Assembly: GCF_018977255.1 (NCBI RefSeq)
Contig: NW_024704743.1
Coordinates: 248,001-312,000 of the forward strand
Length of the DNA: 64,000 nucleotides
Origin: Callorhinchus milii
Taxonomy: Eukaryota
Direction: 5' to 3'
The translations under genes were made by a program, and so were the position numbers. The notes under the pieces are model-generated. The model did not search any database. It had not been told where the DNA came from and was given only the letters and a program-made list of their open reading frames with translations. Below are positions 45,998 through 60,130 of the stretch, piece by piece; the first letter of the stretch is position 1, and every line of letters starts with the position of its first letter.

Positions 45998-48900
45998 TTA
46001 CACATTAATTTCCTCCACTTTCCAACAGAAGGACAATTTATTGATCATGACAACTACGTACAGTTATATAGCACCTCTCACGCAGGCTAGAGGCTCGGAG
46101 CTCTTTACAGTGAGATGTCTAGAATGCGTAATTAGCCGCTATATCAAATACAAGGATTATTATTATTGTATTGACTGTGGCAGGGCATGACGCTGAGCCG
46201 GGAAGAGGTGACCGCAGGCACCGTCGAAGACCTGAGTTCAATTCCAGGCAGAGGGCGAAACTTTGGGCAAGTTTCCTTACTCCACACAGAGCCTAATAAT
46301 AATCCCTCCAAAAAACCAAAACAATAATAAATTGGTCATTTTCAATCTGCGACTGTTTGTGGGACATTGTTGTGCGCAATTGGCTGCCGCGTTCGCCCAC
46401 AAATATACAGTCAATTCACTTTACAATATATTCTGTGAAGCGCTTTGGGACGTCTAGAAGACGTGAAAAGCGCTATATCAAATGCAAGTATTATTATTAT
46501 TATTATTATAAGATGAAGCTCTTTAGGCGCGACCTGAAGATAGGGAAGGAAGGGGCAAGGCAGAGGGTTAGAGGAAGAGTGTTCCAAAGTTTTGGGGCGT
46601 GGTGGCTGAAAGGGAGGTCATAAGAGAGGTTCATGTGAAGAAGGCCCTTCGGCTTATTTGGTCTCACCCTTCAACAAAATCCGCCCCTCCTCCAATTTCT
46701 TAAATGCGTACTCCCTGGTAACTCAAGCTGTAGATAGTCCTGTGCGTTAAGAAATACTTCCTGGCGTTTGACCAAAAATTGAAGCTACAACAGAGGCCAG
46801 CAACAGCAACAGACAGTTTGAGGTCACCCTGAGGAACGGAGATTTGTGCATTTCTCATCCTGATCCTTCTCTTACACCCCCCACCACCCCCACAATACTA
46901 CAGCAAGTCCTGAACAGAGACATTACAAACGGAGGTCACTGGGTAGTAAGGCATGACATGGACACAGATTCAGATGATAATAATAATAATCCTTGCATTT
47001 GAAATAGTGCCTTACCATGCCGTCAAAACGACTCAAAGCGCTTCACAGGATACACTGTAAATTGAATTGACTTGTGTATTTTGTATGTGAGGGGGGGTGG
47101 GGGGATTAAGCAGGGTTCCGAAGGCCTTAATAGTAATAAACCTTTCATTTAATATAGCACCTAATTGAGATGTCTCCAAGTGCTTCACAGGATATACTGC
47201 AAAGGGTAGTAACTGTGTATTTTGTGAGCGAAATTGTTGGTAATCATTGTTTGAAGAAAACTTTCTCTGAATAAATCCACTGCCCGCTGTGAGATTGCGT
47301 AACAAACCCTCTTAACTGATTTGGTTAGTTGATGCTTTTTCTCTGTATGGCTCTCGGTATCTTATTCCCCACTGACTCACAAACTGCACAAAAACACATG
47401 GTGGTGGGGAAAAGAGGTCACCTTCCTCGTGAGCCACAATTCAATGCTGCCAGCTGATTTTTCCCAAAACAAAGGCTAGCATTGGGAGGAGTAGCGCAGA
47501 GAATTGTGTTACCAAGTGACACAAAGATATTTTCCAAGCACGTTCTACCTCCCCTTTGGCTCAGATAGTTTAGTCAGTAAGTCAATGAGCTACGTAGGAC
47601 AACGTTAGCTCTGGTTAACCCTACAAGCCAAAGCCTTAATAGGAAAGGTGGTACTAGCTGGACAAGCAGCGGAAAAGCTTGCCAGACAGAGCTCTCGATG
47701 GCAAGCTATGCAGTTTTAGCTGGTTAAGACTCCAGTAGTAACCCCAATGCACACTCTGGGATCCCCAAGCCTTGGCTCTTGCCAACCTACGCCTAATACT
47801 TTCCGGAAGTAGGTGAACAGGATGTATCCCCCCAGGGAGAGAGTGTGCATAGCATTCAACAATCTATCTCTGGGATTTCCGTGTGTAGGTGGGATGCATG
47901 GAATTCTCAGTTTGGTTTGGAGACTCAAGCCTGGTGATGGGTTTCCGTGCGTGTCAGACACCTGGCTGATCAAAAAAAGCATTGGACATGAAGGTCCCAG
48001 GTTCAGTCGTGCTGAGTTAGCAGATCTAAGAAAGGAGGTGTTGGTTTCTAATCCTACGTCTAGGCTGTCTCTTCAGGACAGTACTGGGGGAGCAGTCACA
48101 GGTGCTTACCCCTCAGACGAGACATTAAACAGTTTGTTGTCCTGTTAAAAGATCTAGTTTGAAAAGATTAGGGTTTTGCCTAATATCCTGGGTATTAATC
48201 CTTCAAATAAACTAACTATAAATGAACTCACCTTATGGACGTTTCTAGGACCTTCTTTTACCTAAAATAGCTGTCACACTTGACTACAAATCGATGATTG
48301 ACAGTAATTACTGTAATGTGCTTAAAGATGTTTTAATAATAATAATCCTTGCATTTGATACAGCACTTTATCACATTGTTGAGGTATCTCAAAGCGCTTC
48401 ACAGAATATACTGTAAAGTGAATTGACTGTATATTTTGTGGGCGAAATGCTGCAGTCAATTACACACAGCAGCGTCCCGCAAGCAGTCGTGGATTGAGAG
48501 ACCAAATTATTATATTTTTTTAAAAAAAGGGAATACAAGTGATCCGACAATTGACTAACAATCGGGTGCCTACTTAAAAATAAAAGTTGTGTCATTATGG
48601 GTGAGATTGTATGCGCAATGTTGCTGCAGCTGTGATAAATCTCACGAAACGGGATGAGAGGCATTGAAAAGGCTTCCAAGAGGCAAGCTAGTTAGGTTCA
48701 CATCACTGAATAAATTACAGGCGATGACTGAAGCCCAATGTATTTTTCATGAGGAAAGAAAAAGTACTGTTAAGTGGAATTTGATGCATTATTAAATAAT
48801 AAGGGCATGAGCTCAGGTGGATGTTGAAAGAACTTCTGTTCAAATGATGGAGCTGACTGGACAGCCTCGAATGCTGGGAACCTAAAAGGCAACACAACAC

Positions 48901-51900
48901 TCCAAATGGGGTCTGACCAACGCTCTCAACTGTGAAAGAGCTTCGTGAAGCGCTCTGAGACTCTACCCTGCGTGAAGGGCGCTGTATAAAAGTGCACGTT
49001 TTTGTTGTTCTTTCTATGGATAGGAACAGGAAGCCAATTTAATGTGACGAACACATTTAATTTAAACGGTACGTTTGGCGAGACTGATTGAAGATTAAAT
49101 CCAAAACAAATCTGTGAAAACACTACTTCAGCTTGTTTCCGCAGATTTGCTCACTCAATACACGACTGCTTGTGGGACACCGCTGTGCGCAATCGGCTAC
49201 CGCGTTTCACCCACACAATATACGGTCAATTCACTTTACACTGTGCTCTGTGAAGCGCTTTGAGATATCTCGAAGACACGATGAGGTGGTATAACAAATG
49301 CAATGATTATTATTCAGTGAGCGGGTAGTAAATGCATGGAACAGAGGCCCTAGGGAGATGCTGGAAGCAGAAAGTGTTGACTCTTTCAGGAACAAATTAG
49401 ATAGATTTAATTTAAGAAATAATATCTTGGGAAATGACACGTGCAAGTAACTGCCAGGATGACAGCAAGTGAACTGGATGAACATTGGTCTTCTTTCGTC
49501 CAGCAATCCTTATGAGGTGGAGGGATTGAGGCAGGGAGCTCCAGAGGTTTAGAAGCTGATGGTACAGCCACTGATGGTGGTGCGAATGGGTTCGGTGGGA
49601 GGGGAAGGGTTTGTGTTAGCTGAGCGAAGAAGGCGGAGTGGGGTAATGAGGTATGTGCAGGTCAGAGAGGAAGGGAAGGGCTAGGATGGGGCAGGGAGAG
49701 AAAATGATCTAATAAACTGCTTGAACAGATTCAAAGAGCCGAATGGCCTCTGCACTTACCTTAATTATCTTAGTTATCTTAAAGAGGCCTTAATTATTCC
49801 TCAACATTTTACTGTTACTTATTAACAACACTGGTTTATGTGGTGTTGGAAAAGCAATATACTGAGACAATATTTGCAGTAACACAAACAGCTCCTCTCT
49901 GTTCACTCTGATCTGAATCCCTTTGCCAGAGAGCTCTCTCATAATCTGCCAGCGTAGCACGGCAGGCAATTTCACGCGATCATTTGAGTGACATTTCTTG
50001 CATTAGTGCAAATTAATCCCACACATCTGAAAAATGTCACGCCGTGAAGTTTCACAGAAACACAAGACTTGTATCACACCTCGTAGGAGAACGTGGTTCA
50101 GCTTGCCCTCTCCTAGAACCCTCTACTCAAAACCATTGGTTTTATTTTGCCCCACTGTGTCTCCCTCCCTAGGCTCTCTACTCTCCATCCATTCCCCTAT
50201 CGTTCCCCTCATACCCTTAATTAATAATGATGAATCCTTGCATTTGATATAGTGTCTTATCACGCCATTGACACTTTTCTTTTAAACAAAAGGGATTATT
50301 ACCCCTGAAAGCAATCCGCCAATTGACTAACCAGGTTCCTGCTCACTACTAAATAACAGAGGCATGTGGAGGAAGGAAACTTGCCAAAGGTTTTGCAAAC
50401 TTGAGTCATTTTGCTTGTGAGGCAAGCCCACTAACCATTACGCTTTGAGACAGAGATAATGAATATTGCTCAATTAAATGGCTTTTTAAATGGCAATAAT
50501 GATATGGCTTTTTGCCTTTTCCCATTTACTAAGGCTTGTATGTACAAAAGCCAACACAAACAACACCCATTAACATGGCGCCCTTCATGTTGGGTAATGT
50601 CTCAGAATAATTTACCAGGGCGGGGTTAGAAGCTGAGCATAGGAAAAGGGAGAATATGTGGGTAGGAGGAAGAGGGCCATCAGCAGAGGGGCAACATGTC
50701 GGGGTAAAGTCAGGGAGTTCCAGAAGTTAAGAGGCAGAGTATTTGAAGTATTTGGGCACTGATGGCGGGAATGCTCAGCAAACTGGGTTAGCGAGCGGAG
50801 GGGACGAGCAAAGGAGCAAAGTAGTAGATCAAAGTAGCTGAGGCAAAGGAAAGTGTTCTCAGTCAGGGACTGGACATGAGGGAGAAGGAAAGCTGATATT
50901 GTACAGTCCTGTAGCTGGCTGCCGCTGCTTCCAGCACTTGTCAATGGGCTATACCAAATAAGACCTTATACTACTACTAATAATAATAATCCTTGCATTT
51001 GATATAGCCCAGCAGCCTATTGCCTTATCACATCGTTGAGCGATCTTAAAGTGCTTCACATAATATACTGTAAAGTGGATTAACTGTGTATTTTGTGATG
51101 AAACGCATCAGCTAATTGTGCACAGCGGCGTCCCACAAACAGTCTTTGATTGATTCACCAATTTTTTTTTTGAGGGATAGACCCCTGGAAAGCGATCTGC
51201 AAATCGACTGCAAACCGGATTCCCACTTAGTGCTGGCTAAACAGAGGCGTATGGAGTAGGGAAACTTTTCGCCCTATCCGGGAATCCAACCTGGGTCCTC
51301 TCGCTTGCAAAACGAGCGCTCTAACCACTACGCTACCGAAATCTGGTACCAGTTAGCCATTATATTTCACATCATGGTTGTTTGCGGGTCACTGCTGTGC
51401 ACAAATTAAGCGCCTGCTATTCGCCTACAAAAAACACAGTCACTCCACTTTAAAGTGAATTGACTGTATATTTGTGGGCAAGACCCAGCAGCCAGTTGCG
51501 CACAGCAGCGTCCCACAAACAGTTGTGGATCAAGTGACCAAATTATTATTGTTTTTTTGAGGAATTATTATCCCTGGAAAAGCGATCCGCCAATCGACTA
51601 GCAACCGGGTTCCTACTTACTGCTAGCTAAACAGGGGCACCGTAGAGTTACACAACAAAAAAATTACATTTAAGTGCTATACAGCACAGAAGGAGCCCAT
51701 TCGGCCCATCGTGTCTGTGCCGGCTCTTCGGAAAGAGCTATCCAAATCAAAATAAGTACCATTAAAAACTATATCCTGCGAAGTGCTCAGATACTTCCCA
51801 ACGTGAATGGCGCTGTACCAAATGTAAGGATCGCTATAAGATACTCATTCCAGGTATCCATTATGAACTACTCAAACCCAGGGATCCATTATGCTCTATA

Positions 51901-52806
51901 TTAGTTATTCAGCTTCTAGGTACACACTTTTTGCTGTGCAAGCTTTTTGGGTGATCAGCCAGGTGATTGACACGTGCAGAAATCCACAGCCATGCTTACG
52001 AGCCTCTAAAGCTCTCCACCCTTCTCACTGAACAATGACACATATCACACAGATCTGAACTTGCTTCTCCTAAGGGTTATTGGCGGATGCAGAATTTGGG
52101 GCCTGTCCGACATGAAAGCCAGGGCTCTTAGTCACTCACTGCGTGCCTGAGAGCTACTAGCAAATTATGAAAAGCTCAGGGTGGCGTTAGCAAGGAACCC
52201 CAATTTCATACGTTGGCAATAACTTGTGAAAGGTGACGCTCTTAATAATAATTCTTCCATTAACAGAGAGTGCCTCATCATGCTGAAAAGTCTCAAAGTG
52301 CTTCGAAGTTTTCTATAAAGTGCAGTGACTAATTGTAGACGAGCCTACATAATTTGCACACAGCAGTGTCACAACTCTTGAAGCCGCACGAGCAATTTAT
52401 CGGGCTCAGCCGCAAGAACTCTCGCCTCTCGGTCAGATGTTTGTGAGTTTACTGAGGTCGCGAGTCAGAACTCTCGAGTTCAAAGTCTAGACTGACATGC
52501 ATGCAACGCTGTCGAGTGTTGCATTGGAGTGACTTTGGTGCCGTCCTTTGGATGAGATGCTAAATTAGCCACAAAACTCTGGATCACTCTCCCTTAATTC
52601 CTCCACCTTATCCCTTCCTTCCCCATCTTCAAGACCTTCCTCTTCGATCGCGCCTACTGCCACCTTTCCCCTCCCTGCCCCCCGGCTCAGTGTCATGCTC
52701 CGCCACTGTCAAGCGCTCCGAGACGCTGCCCTGCGTGAGGGGCGCTATTATATCAATACAATTTGTGTTATTTCAAGACTTTCGGGTCGGTGCCGACAGT
52801 AATTAC

Positions 52807-52862
52807 CTGCAATCTGAACGGAGCCTTCTTCACCGAGGAGAATGTTTCCCGCCTTCACGTCC
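52807..52862 (-). CDS. OXSR1: OXSR1 exon 5 (DVKAGNILLGEEGSVQIA)
   Basis: 56 bp, AG/GT boundaries. Completes the HRDVKAGN catalytic loop in frame. Confidence 0.95.
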
Positions 52863-55800
52863 CTGCAAGATAACGAGAGCAGATTAGCTGTGCCGAGATC
52901 AAAAGGGAATATGCCGCCTGCGATTGAAAGCAATTAGCCTTTCCCGAAGCAGCTGTTCAAAATAACGACGAGGACCAAACTCAATCCAGCAATTTCCAGG
53001 ATGACAGACTTTCAAAGAACACCGTTGTGTTCCCTCATACGCTTCACAATCGCCACATTATTGGTTAATCATCTGGTCTGTGGGAACTCGCTGTGAGCAA
53101 AATAGCTGACACAATTGCTTATACACACTCAGTCACCGTGCACAAATTGACTACTACTGTTACCTACAAATACACAGTCACTCCACTTTACAGTATGTTC
53201 TGTGAAGCGCTTTGAGATGTCTCAACGACCTGATAATATGCTATATAAAATGTTTTAATAATATATTTATTATTATCAAGTGCTCAGAGACGTTAAGGGC
53301 GCTCCAAATACTTACGTTATAATAATATTCCTTGCATTTGATGTAGCGCCTTATTACGTCTTGGGGGAAGTCTGAAAGCGCTTCAAAGAATATATTGCAA
53401 AGTGAATTGACTGTATGTTTTGTAGCAAAATCAATTGTGCACAGCAAACAGTCATGGATTGAGTGACCAAAGTATTATCTTTATTTTGAAGGAATTATTA
53501 CTCCCGAAATAAAGTTCAAGGTGATTCTCTCCAGTCAACTGAAGGAACGACTTCCCAACCTTCTTGTTTATTTTCGGTTTCATTTATAGCCTTGGAAGCG
53601 TGCCGCAGTTAAGGAGTTATTAGAATTGTACAGGAAACTGGAGGAGTAACAATGATAAGACCCTCTGATCTTCACTGATTCCAGAAAGCAAGCAAAATTG
53701 GTTTTCTTTTTCCCGTTAGAAGATTATTAGCTGAGATTAATTTAGACGGTGGGAAAGATTCTGAAAGGGGACAACAAATTAAATAAGGAAATACATATTC
53801 CTTGAGTTGTCAAGGCGACATTGCTATAACAACAAAATGCGCCCCTCACAGGATAACGTCCCAGGATAAGGATAACGACCCAGGGCGCTTGACAGTGGCG
53901 GAGCAGGTCGCCAAGTCGGGAAGAGGTGACCGTAAGCCCAGGAGGAATGCATTCAGGCACGACCTGAAGATAGGGAAGGAAAGGAGAAGGCAGAGGGACA
54001 GAGGAAGAATGTTCCAGAGTGTGGGCGTAATGGCTGAAAACGCGGCCACTGTTGATGGAACAGAGGGCACGAGGGGATGTCTAAGAGGCTGGAGCCAGTC
54101 GAGCGGAGGAAATGGGTAGTGGGTTGGGGAATAAGCAATTCGGAGAAGCACAAACAGATTTGAAAATGAGTGTGAGGATCTTCGAATCGATCCACCATGC
54201 TAGCAGAATGCTAATAATCCTTTACGTTTGATATTTGTCCACAAAATATATCATCAATCCACTTAACAATACACACACACACACACATATATAGATTGTT
54301 ATTACTATTATAGCATCTTTCACATCGCTAGGATGTCTCAAACCACTTCCCAGGTTATACTGCAAGTGGAGTGATTGTGTGTTTTGTGGGCGAAGAAACA
54401 AAAGATAAGGTTAGAAGGAAATGTTTTACTCAGAGGTTTGGAATTCATTTCCTCAAGTGGCTCATTGAGCAATCAAAAGGGAACTGGATAAGTACCTGAG
54501 CAGTAAAAGCATTATGGATATACAAATATAGATAGGAAATAGTACACATTTTTTCCAGAGATCACTCCTCTCCCTACCCTAAGAAATCTCCCTACTTAAC
54601 TTCACAGCAAACACATATATCTTGACCAGTGATACCTCAGATAAAATTAGCCATTCACTTCACGTAGGTCAATTGCTGTGCGGTAATTGCCTGGCAGATT
54701 TCACTGCAAAAAATGTAGTCACTGCACATTACAGTAAATTCGCTGACATCCTCCCAATGTAAAAGGCACCATATCAAAAACAAGGATTATTACTATTATA
54801 ACATCCTTCCTGATATTGCCTGCTCAGTCCCCGCCTAGTAGAGATAAGGAATCCGTAGCATATTGGTTAGAGCGCTCGCCTTGCAAGCGAGAGTACCCAG
54901 GTTCGATTCCCACCTGGTGCAAAACCAAGTTTCCTTAACTCAGACGCCTTTGATTACCTAACAGTGAGCAGGAACCGATTGATAGTGGATTAGTGGATTG
55001 CTTTCTGGGGGTAATAATCTCTCCCCAAAAAAACTTGGTCGCTCAATCCAATTGGAGGGTTTCACCCTCCATAAACAGTCACTTCACTTTACAGTATATT
55101 CTGTGAAGTGTTTTCAGATGTCTGATTAACGCAATGAAGCACTATATCAAATGCATCGATCATTATTATTATAAACCCCTCCCTCAGAGAAATCACGGCG
55201 GCAGAGCTGAAAGGGGGGGGATTAATAAGAAGAGTAAATAGCGCGGCAGACATGATTGACCAACAGCGCTGAAAATGGCCAGGTTTCTATTCCTGTTTAA
55301 TACGTTTAAATTGGTAACCCAATACAATCAGAGCCTTTTGTGGTTCGAGCAATTATCAAGGTCAATCTCAGGACTCGTGTCCTTGCCAGTCTCCAGCTCC
55401 ACCTTATACTGCTGTGTCACACAAATACACAGCACACAAGAGGAGATTTTATGAGAATATCAAACACCACTCCTCGTAAGAATTTTATGTTTCACTTAAA
55501 ATTAAAGAGCGCAGGAAACCTTTAAAAGCCCTCCACGATCAGGTTCCGTGACCTTGTAAAACCCTACCAACCCGTCGACTCCCTCCGCTCTGCAGGCACT
55601 GCCCGCTCCACCATCGGAACCCGCACCATCCCTTTAGCCTTTCCTCCACCACCACCTGGAACTCAATCCCGGAGCCCCGCGGCCTCGCTCACTCCTTTGC
55701 CTCCTTCAAGGCCGTTCCTCTTTGACTGGGTCTTTGGTCAGTGGGGGAGCAAGCACCAACACAGACACGATAGGGAGAGAAATAGAGCAGGGAATGGGAT

Positions 55801-57729
55801 TAGAGTAGAAATCCAGCAGGGGAGCAAGCGTGATTTTTATGGACGTAATGATGTCTGATCAATTCCTGATCAACCTCCAGCCCGAAGCAGACTTTATTCA
55901 AACCAAGCGTGTATTTTCTGCCCAGGAGAACTTGCTGAAGGGGGCACTAGGGCACTAGCTGGGTATAGGGATTCTGGGTATAGTAATCTATTCCGAAGGT
56001 GATCAACTCCATTATCAGAGAATGAAATGTTTTCGTTCTTGGTCAACCGAGCATATGACACACACAGAAACCCATCACTGTGCTAAGAGAATCCAAACCA
56101 GAAGAAGTTCCATGCATGCCACTTACACATAGAAATTCCCATGTTTGGAATGGAATGTATAATCTCTCTCTCTCCAGATGGACAAATCCTGCTTAACTAA
56201 TTCTGCAGAGCATAAGGCACAAATTGCTCGCTCTCTTACCTTTTGCACCGTGGAAAATTGCTTCAGATCTCCGTCACTTAGTAACTGGCTTCAGGTATTC
56301 CAATTAATGAGTAGGGTTGGAGGACTTGAAGCCAGTTACTGAGTGACAGAGTCTGGGAAGAAGTTTTCAGTGGTGGAAAAATGCAGGAATGAGCAATACT
56401 TAGTACATGAACTCACATTTTTAGAACAACTTACCAACATCTCAGTGTTTCAAAAGTCAAGTGCAGTTGATTGTTTTGTCAAACATGGCAGTCATTTATG
56501 TACAGCAAGGTCCCACAAAACAGCTTAATATTCCTTGCATTTGATATAGTCCCTGTCACATCTTCGAGGCTCAAAGCGCTTCACGTGATTTACTGTGACG
56601 TGTACATATTGTGAGCAAAATTTAGCAGCCAATTGCGCACAGCAGTGTCCCACAAACAGTCTTGGATTGAGTGAGGGTAACGTCAGGGGGACGTTCCAAA
56701 GTGCTGGACAGTCAAGGAACTGGACCTGAGCTGGCGGTAGGGATCAGGGGAAGGGCAGGGAGGGTGGGAAAAGGTGCAGTCGAAGAGGAGGATCTTCAAA
56801 TGCGTCTAGAAGGAGAGGCGGACGAGCAGGTGACGTGGAGCAGGCGGAGGGAGTGGACAGGTTGATATGGGGCAAGGATAGGGGTGATGCAGAGGATGAC
56901 AAAGCTGCAGAGTTCTGGATGATCTGCAGCTTGCGGACCGAAAGTAGGGGAAAGCCGACAAGCAGGGAGTTGGCATAGTCGAGCCTGGATTTAATAAATA
57001 TGACAGGTCAAGTTACCGATTTTTTTCAACCAATCTTAGATAAGTGAAAAAAAACTCATCAAAGGTTCTACTTGAAAATGTGCTTTAAATGCTTTAAAAA
57101 TAAAAATCATACCTGTAGCCAGAAATATGCTCGCAAGCCAGAATACTTTAAAACTTTTTGTTTGAAAGGGAATGAGTCAAGTTTTTGACAAAAAAAACTT
57201 TGCATTTGACATAGTGCCTTATCACATCGGGGCTTCACAGGTTACATTGTAAAGTGAATTGACTGTGCATTTTGTGGTTGTAAAATGGTTATGTGGAAAG
57301 GGCAAGGATGTGGGATAAAAGGGATTGAGTGCTGGCAGAGACCTGAAGGGCTGAATGGCCTTCTTCTGTGTTTATAAACATCTACGGTTCTAAGGGGTCA
57401 AAATGCCTCCGTTTCTGTGTTGTAAAAATTTACGGTTTTTAACATTGCTACTGTGCAAACTGCGTTGTACAATAAACTGCACATAAAGAATGCGTGCACA
57501 CATGGATTTACAATCTAAATGCCCAGTTTCACTGGGGTCTTGTGTCCCTGAAGTTCATCTTGGATACAATCCACATTGTGAGTCAGTCTGTGGCCCAGTC
57601 ATTAAACTGGTGGTTAATGCGGCTGTGTCCTCTGGTTCTATTGTTCAGTACGAGATTAAACAACTTTTTTTTAATTTGATTTTATTGCTATAATAAACAA
57701 TCTTTGGGACATTATATTGTTATATTGCA

Positions 57730-58175
57730 TCTCATTCTTCCAGAATCTCCACCCTACCATCTTTCCATCACAAGGTCAAGCTATTTTTAATATGTGGCTG
57801 CATCCTGGCCTCAACCACCCCGCCTGGGAACTTGTTCCAGTCATTATTACCCTCTGGATAAAGAAAAGCATTGTGCTGTAATTTCCCTTCACAACTCTAC
57901 ACTTATGTCATCTTGTTCTATTGTCGTGGGACATCCTCCTGACGTAAAAGGCGCTATAGAAATGTAATTTGTTGTTGTTGTTGGTGCATCCAATAGTATT
58001 GTTCTGGATTGAAATTTTGAATCTCATTTAAAATGTTACACACTCGACAGAATTCTTCCCTCTCAAGACTGAAAAGCCTGAGCTTGTCTAGTTGTTGTTG
58101 CTGATCGCTCAATCCTCCAACAATCGGGATCAGCCTCGTTGGTCTCCTCTGCACTGCCTCTAGGACCTTAGGCAC
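57730..58175 (-). mobile_element. CR1-clade LINE fragment
   Basis: KVLEAVQRRPTRLIP..GLS...LDKLRLFSLERE motif. Confidence 0.75.
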
Positions 58176-58326
58176 TGCATGAGGACTGTGGCTACTCTGA
58201 AGCTTTAGATGTCGTAAATAATGAAATGTCTAAAAATGTATTATTTTCTTAACAGAAGCTACTGAACCATATGCAATACAAGGGCACAGAACAATAGCTC
58301 CTAAATCATCATATGATAGTTACTTG

Positions 58327-58660
58327 GTGTCCTGTAGTGATTGGTTAGAGCACTCGCCTTGCGAGCGAGAGGACCTGGGTTCGATTCCCAGGCAGGGCGA
58401 AATCTTAGGCAAGTTTCCTTACGCCACATGGATTTTACCTAGCAGTAAGTAGGAACCCAGTTGTTAGTCGATTGGCAGATTGCTTTCCGGAGGTAAATAG
58501 CCCTTCAAAAAAAATAATGGTCAGTCAATCCACGACTGTTTGTGGGACACTGCTGCGCAATTGGCTGCCGCGTTTCACACACAAAATATACAATCAATTC
58601 TCTTCACCGTATATTCTGTGAAGCGCTTTGAGACGTCTCAATGACGTGGTAAGGCACTAT
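58327..58660 (+). mobile_element. tRNA-derived SINE, full length
   Basis: Head gtgtcctgtagtg...ggttcgattccc, body and 3' end. Confidence 0.87.
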
Positions 58661-58790
58661 TTGTATTGTATCGCATTGCCTAATGAACAACCAGTGGCTG
58701 TTAGTGGGGGAAAGAGAGGAGCAGAGAAGCAGAGTCTTTTTAGGCCCGTTGTTGCAAGGCAATAAGCTAGAAACGGAAGAGTGCAGTCAC

Positions 58791-58858
58791 ACCTCACTAT
58801 AACTAATCTCTCGAGACTGGCAGGATCGCCAGTCTCGAGAGATTAGTTATAGTGAGGT
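58791..58858. other. Perfect palindrome/hairpin: 31-bp stem, 6-nt loop
   Basis: ACCTCACTATAACTAATCTCTCGAGACTGGC-aggatc-GCCAGTCTCGAGAGATTAGTTATAGTGAGGT. Confidence 0.95.
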
Positions 58859-60078
58859 TTGATCATTATCAAGATCATTATATGAGGACGTTCACTATCG
58901 TAGCGTTTAGCTGTCAAAGAGGCAGCCCTCTCCATTGACCTACCGGATTGGCGTTAGAATCATTAAAACTCTGGGTTTGTTAGAAGCGGAATTGATTATA
59001 GTGAGTAATCACTATAATCAATTCTGCGTTTCAGAGTAATATGTGCAATAAAAATGCAAGGTTTTTGCATCTAACCCAGTAGCTGTTACGTGGAAACGTC
59101 CCAAGTGCTTTGCGAGGTGGGCATGGTAGTCTGGTTCCTGATTCAAGTGGGTCTGCAAGGCACTGTTGATGACAGACTAGCCAGTCTGGGTCATCACCAG
59201 GGCTTGGGAGAGGCAGCAGATCAGTGCAGCGATTCTTCCCACTCAACTTCCCACTCCCTCTTAACCCTGCAAGCCACAGCCCCAACGGCAAGCTATGCTG
59301 CTTCTGGTGTTTAGACTCCATAAAGCTTGGTTCTCAGTCTGTTTTGAATCCGCATCAGCATGGCGATGGGTTTCTATGTGTGTCAGACACGCAATTGATC
59401 AAAATATAATGAGAAGCACTGCGTAGCTTCATCAGCCATCGAGTGCTCATTAATTCCCAAACTAACTTGAGAGGGACAAGGTGGCTGAGCGTTGAACAAA
59501 ATGCTTCTGTATTACCGGTTCTGTCTCTGCAGGTCAGCTTGCCACAGTCAGCAGCTCACACTATAAAATGACACTCACACACACACAAACCACCATTAGT
59601 TTGTGCAATCAACAAATAACACTACCAGCACAATAAATGAAGAAACAGGAGTAATATTCCCCGATTTTCAGAGAGACCCAATAATATTCAAATAATAATC
59701 CTTGCAGTTAATGTAGCGCCTCCTCCCGTCGTTGAGATGTCTCAAAGCGCTTCACAGGATACGCTGTAAAGTGAATTGATGTATTTTGTGGGTGAAACGC
59801 AGCAGTCAATATCCACACAGCAGTATCCCATAAACAGCCATGGGGGTGGAGGTTGACGGTCAGGACACCGGGTGAAACTCCTTTCTCTTTCCAATTAGCG
59901 ATGTGGGATCTTTAACATGCGCCTGAACAGGCAGACGGGACCTGGGTTTAATGTCCCATCCAAAGAACAGTGTCTCCATCAATCCCCTCCCCATGCGTTA
60001 CATTTGAGCATCAGCTTAGACTATGTGATTCCAAGTCCCAACGTGGGGCTTGAACCCACAACCTTCTGACTCAGAGGT

Positions 60079-60130
<52 letters not shown>

